DNA of 64,000 nt. Origin: Candidatus Heimdallarchaeum endolithica (lineage in GTDB: Archaea > Asgardarchaeota > Heimdallarchaeia > Heimdallarchaeales > Heimdallarchaeaceae). The stretch spans positions 128,001-192,000 of the forward strand of contig CP084167.1 of NCBI GenBank assembly GCA_021513715.1, read 5' to 3'. Within the stretch, counting starts at the first letter, position 1. Each line of letters opens with the position of its first letter. Position numbers and translations under genes: made by a program. Of this stretch, positions 61,485 to 64,000 are shown one piece after another. The notes beneath the pieces are model-generated. The model saw nothing but the letters and a program-made list of their open reading frames with translations. It was not told the origin of the DNA and searched no databases.

Positions 61485-64000
61485 CTAGACTACTCTCATT
61501 TCCTCTACTACGTTCACTTCTGACGCACTAATAGCAGGAATTAACGTAGCTATTATTATTGAAGCAAAGGATACCAATATTGTAATCGTCAATGAAACTA
61601 TCGGTATGTACAATGTCCGTTTAAAGGTTACTTGAGCAAATCCTAACACTGAATCAAAGAATGAAATAAAAATGTTGAATTGATAAGCAAATAAATAACC
61701 TATCAACGAACCAAACAGAGTAGCAAATATAGCTATTGAAAATATTTCACTTATTACTAAAAGAATTAATTGTTTCTTCGAGGCACCTTCAGCAATCAAA
61801 ATTGCAAATTCTTTTCTTCTTTTGTTAATAATTAACATCATAAAAATAAATACTCCAATAATTGAAATTGTAATAGCAATAATATAGTTAATTGAAAGGA
61901 GACCTGGTATTCCAAAGCTACGGCCTTCTGCTTTCTGTAAATCATCTAGCACCTCATTGTACGTATAAATATCACTTATCCAATCAAAATTCTTCTTGAA
62001 CTCAAAAGCCAATTTTTCTTTTTCTACATTTACCCCAGATTTGAAGTTCACGATTACTCTTACAATTCTTGTTGTATCTGGAAAATGAGCAATAAGGAAT
62101 CTTTTATCAACTAGTGCATGAAATCCCCACCCATTTTCTACATCCAACAATGCCGGCGCATGTTCATAGACGATTTTAGCTTCTGCGTTAATTGTTTTGT
62201 TGTTTGTAGTTAATGAAATAGTTGAATTTGTATCTATTTCAAGATAATTTGCAGTCAATTTGTCTACAGCAATATTAGTAAGTGGATCTGCAAGTAGAAC
62301 TGCTAAACCATCTTTTGGATTTGTATAATCTTCTATTGCATTTTTATGCCAGAAGCATTTATCAGAGTATAGTTCGAGGTCTACCCCGAAGATAAATATC
62401 TTACCACCCCAATACAGTTCTGTAGATTTGTAGTAAATAGGAACAATACTCTCTATTTTGTCTTCAAAACCAGTGAAATTGGATACACTTAAAGAGTTGA
62501 TATCTCCAACTAATTCTATTCTCATATCTCCCCCCACATTGGTTTCTGCTTGTTGAATTATAAATTCATTTCCTGTGGCTCCTTGAATAGCTGTGAAAAC
62601 AGAAAGAGAAACAGATAAGCAGAGAAGTAAAGTTATTCTTGGGAAATACTGGTGTCTTCGACCTAAACTTCCTTTTATTAAAAGTCCAATCTTCTTAAAT
62701 ACCTTAACAATGTATTTATCCAAAACTTGAGGGATTTTAGGAGCTATTCTTGAAGCTACCAATCCAGAAGCATACCAGAGGAGAATAGGGGAAGTAACCT
62801 GAAGAAAGATTGCCCAACCTTGGAACTTAACATTTTCATTTATTTCTCTCAAGAATGATAAAAACACGCCTATTATTCCTGCAGAAAAAGCAAAAACATC
62901 AGCATATATACGTTTAAGGAAACCTATTTTAGGTTTATCAATAGTTTTCACTATTGCTACTTCTTGTTGTAAGAATGTTTTTGTTTTTTTGTTTGTTGTA
63001 ATAAGTAAAATACCAAGAGTGACAATTACTGTACTAATTATTTCCCCAGCCCCAATACTTAGAAAACTAAAAGCTTCATTAAATTGTGAGATGTTCACAT
63101 TCATAAAGCTATAAGATGAAACTACAACTGATGCCCCAATTGTTCCTAAACCTATTCCAATGGTTTCTCCTATAATACCAATAATAATAATCTCAGTAAA
63201 TATCATCCTTTTAATCTGTTTAGGGCTTGCACCTTGTGCTTTCAGTACGCCTACTTCGTATTTTCGCTCTTGTAAAGCGAGATCAGCTCCAAAGTTAATT
63301 AATATTATAGAAAGAATTAAGGCTGGAATATAGAGAACAAAGTCAATTACTTGCATTATTAATGTTAAAATAGAGTTAGATTGCAACACTATCCCAACAA
63401 GATTTAATCCTTCTACTTGATTCGGGTGACGTCTGACTATTCTATCAATAAAGATATCAATTTCTTCACTCATTTTTTTGATATCATCAGTTGACAAGTT
63501 GCTATAGTCTAATTTCACTCCTATTAAATAATATCCATGTTTTACAAGTGTCTCAACCATTTTGTCATTTAAATTTGATGACGAAAAAATTACATCGTCA
63601 GAATTGAAGAAACTTATTCCAGTTCTAATTCTTTCAATATTAAAGAAACCTGAAATAGTAAGATTAGAAACAATAATGATTGAATCAGTAACAGTAAAAT
63701 TCTGCGTAAGCTCGTTATATACAAGTGTCACTGCACTAATATTAACAGATAACACATCTCCTACTTCTAAACCATATAATAAAGACAGAGTTTCAGGAAC
63801 TATACATTCTCCTTCATTTAAAGATAAGTTACCATTAACTAAATCAATTGAGTGAACAAAATCATTATTTACATCATGTTCATCTATAACAATAGGATTC
63901 AAAGATTCAGGTTGATTTTTAGTATCACTAACGTTTTCTGTAAGTTCAAAATCAAATTGAAATAATTCGTTTCCAGTAATATAACCGAAACTTTCAGTAT
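61485..64000 (-). CDS. FtsX/MacB-like ABC permease (5' end lies beyond the window)
   Basis: ERKYEVGVLKAQGAS and RRKEFAILIAEGAS repeats; frame open to the window edge. Confidence 0.9.
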   Translation of the reverse strand, partial: TESFGYITGNELFQFDFELTENVSDTKNQPESLNPIVIDEHDVNNDFVHSIDLVNGNLSLNEGECIVPETLSLLYGLEVGDVLSVNISAVTLVYNELTQNFTVTDSIIIVSNLTISGFFNIERIRTGISFFNSDDVIFSSSNLNDKMVETLVKHGYYLIGVKLDYSNLSTDDIKKMSEEIDIFIDRIVRRHPNQVEGLNLVGIVLQSNSILTLIMQVIDFVLYIPALILSIILINFGADLALQERKYEVGVLKAQGASPKQIKRMIFTEIIIIGIIGETIGIGLGTIGASVVVSSYSFMNVNISQFNEAFSFLSIGAGEIISTVIVTLGILLITTNKKTKTFLQQEVAIVKTIDKPKIGFLKRIYADVFAFSAGIIGVFLSFLREINENVKFQGWAIFLQVTSPILLWYASGLVASRIAPKIPQVLDKYIVKVFKKIGLLIKGSLGRRHQYFPRITLLLCLSVSLSVFTAIQGATGNEFIIQQAETNVGGDMRIELVGDINSLSVSNFTGFEDKIESIVPIYYKSTELYWGGKIFIFGVDLELYSDKCFWHKNAIEDYTNPKDGLAVLLADPLTNIAVDKLTANYLEIDTNSTISLTTNNKTINAEAKIVYEHAPALLDVENGWGFHALVDKRFLIAHFPDTTRIVRVIVNFKSGVNVEKEKLAFEFKKNFDWISDIYTYNEVLDDLQKAEGRSFGIPGLLSINYIIAITISIIGVFIFMMLIINKRRKEFAILIAEGASKKQLILLVISEIFSIAIFATLFGSLIGYLFAYQFNIFISFFDSVLGFAQVTFKRTLYIPIVSLTITILVSFASIIIATLIPAISASEVNVVEEMRVV

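Noticed and set aside
3951-63855. Short antisense or overlapping ORFs in the ORF track (e.g. 3951-4244, 12686-12997, 33946-34353, 41682-41954, 63562-63855)
   Set aside because: Shadows of well-supported genes on the opposite strand; no motifs.

Overview
AT-rich (roughly 29% GC by eye) archaeal DNA, most likely from an Asgard archaeon of the Heimdallarchaeia. This is inferred from a Rab-like GTPase, TPR-longin proteins, LRR and PCI-like proteins, and a group 3b [NiFe] hydrogenase operon. About 5.4-33.8 kb is a decaying accessory region: a TIR-bounded TnpB element, three IS6-family relics, many pseudogenes, two toxin-antitoxin loci and a 2273-aa repeat-rich surface protein. About 33.9-64 kb is intact housekeeping DNA (redox cluster, TldD/PmbA, Rab-like GTPase, acyl-CoA ligase, sulfhydrogenase, ABC exporter). 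The main new signal involves the tetranucleotide CATG. The TnpB element carries a Fanzor-like rearranged RuvC site, terminal inverted repeats and a structured omegaRNA-like end, and it sits in a CATG site. Many independent deletion, inversion and fusion junctions in nearby pseudogenes also fall on CATG or its central AT, which suggests a CATG-directed rearrangement process. Other notable items are a ClpP-like protease/antitoxin/PemK three-gene operon and a threonine-synthase pseudoenzyme (PLP Lys to Arg) fused to a PadR domain.
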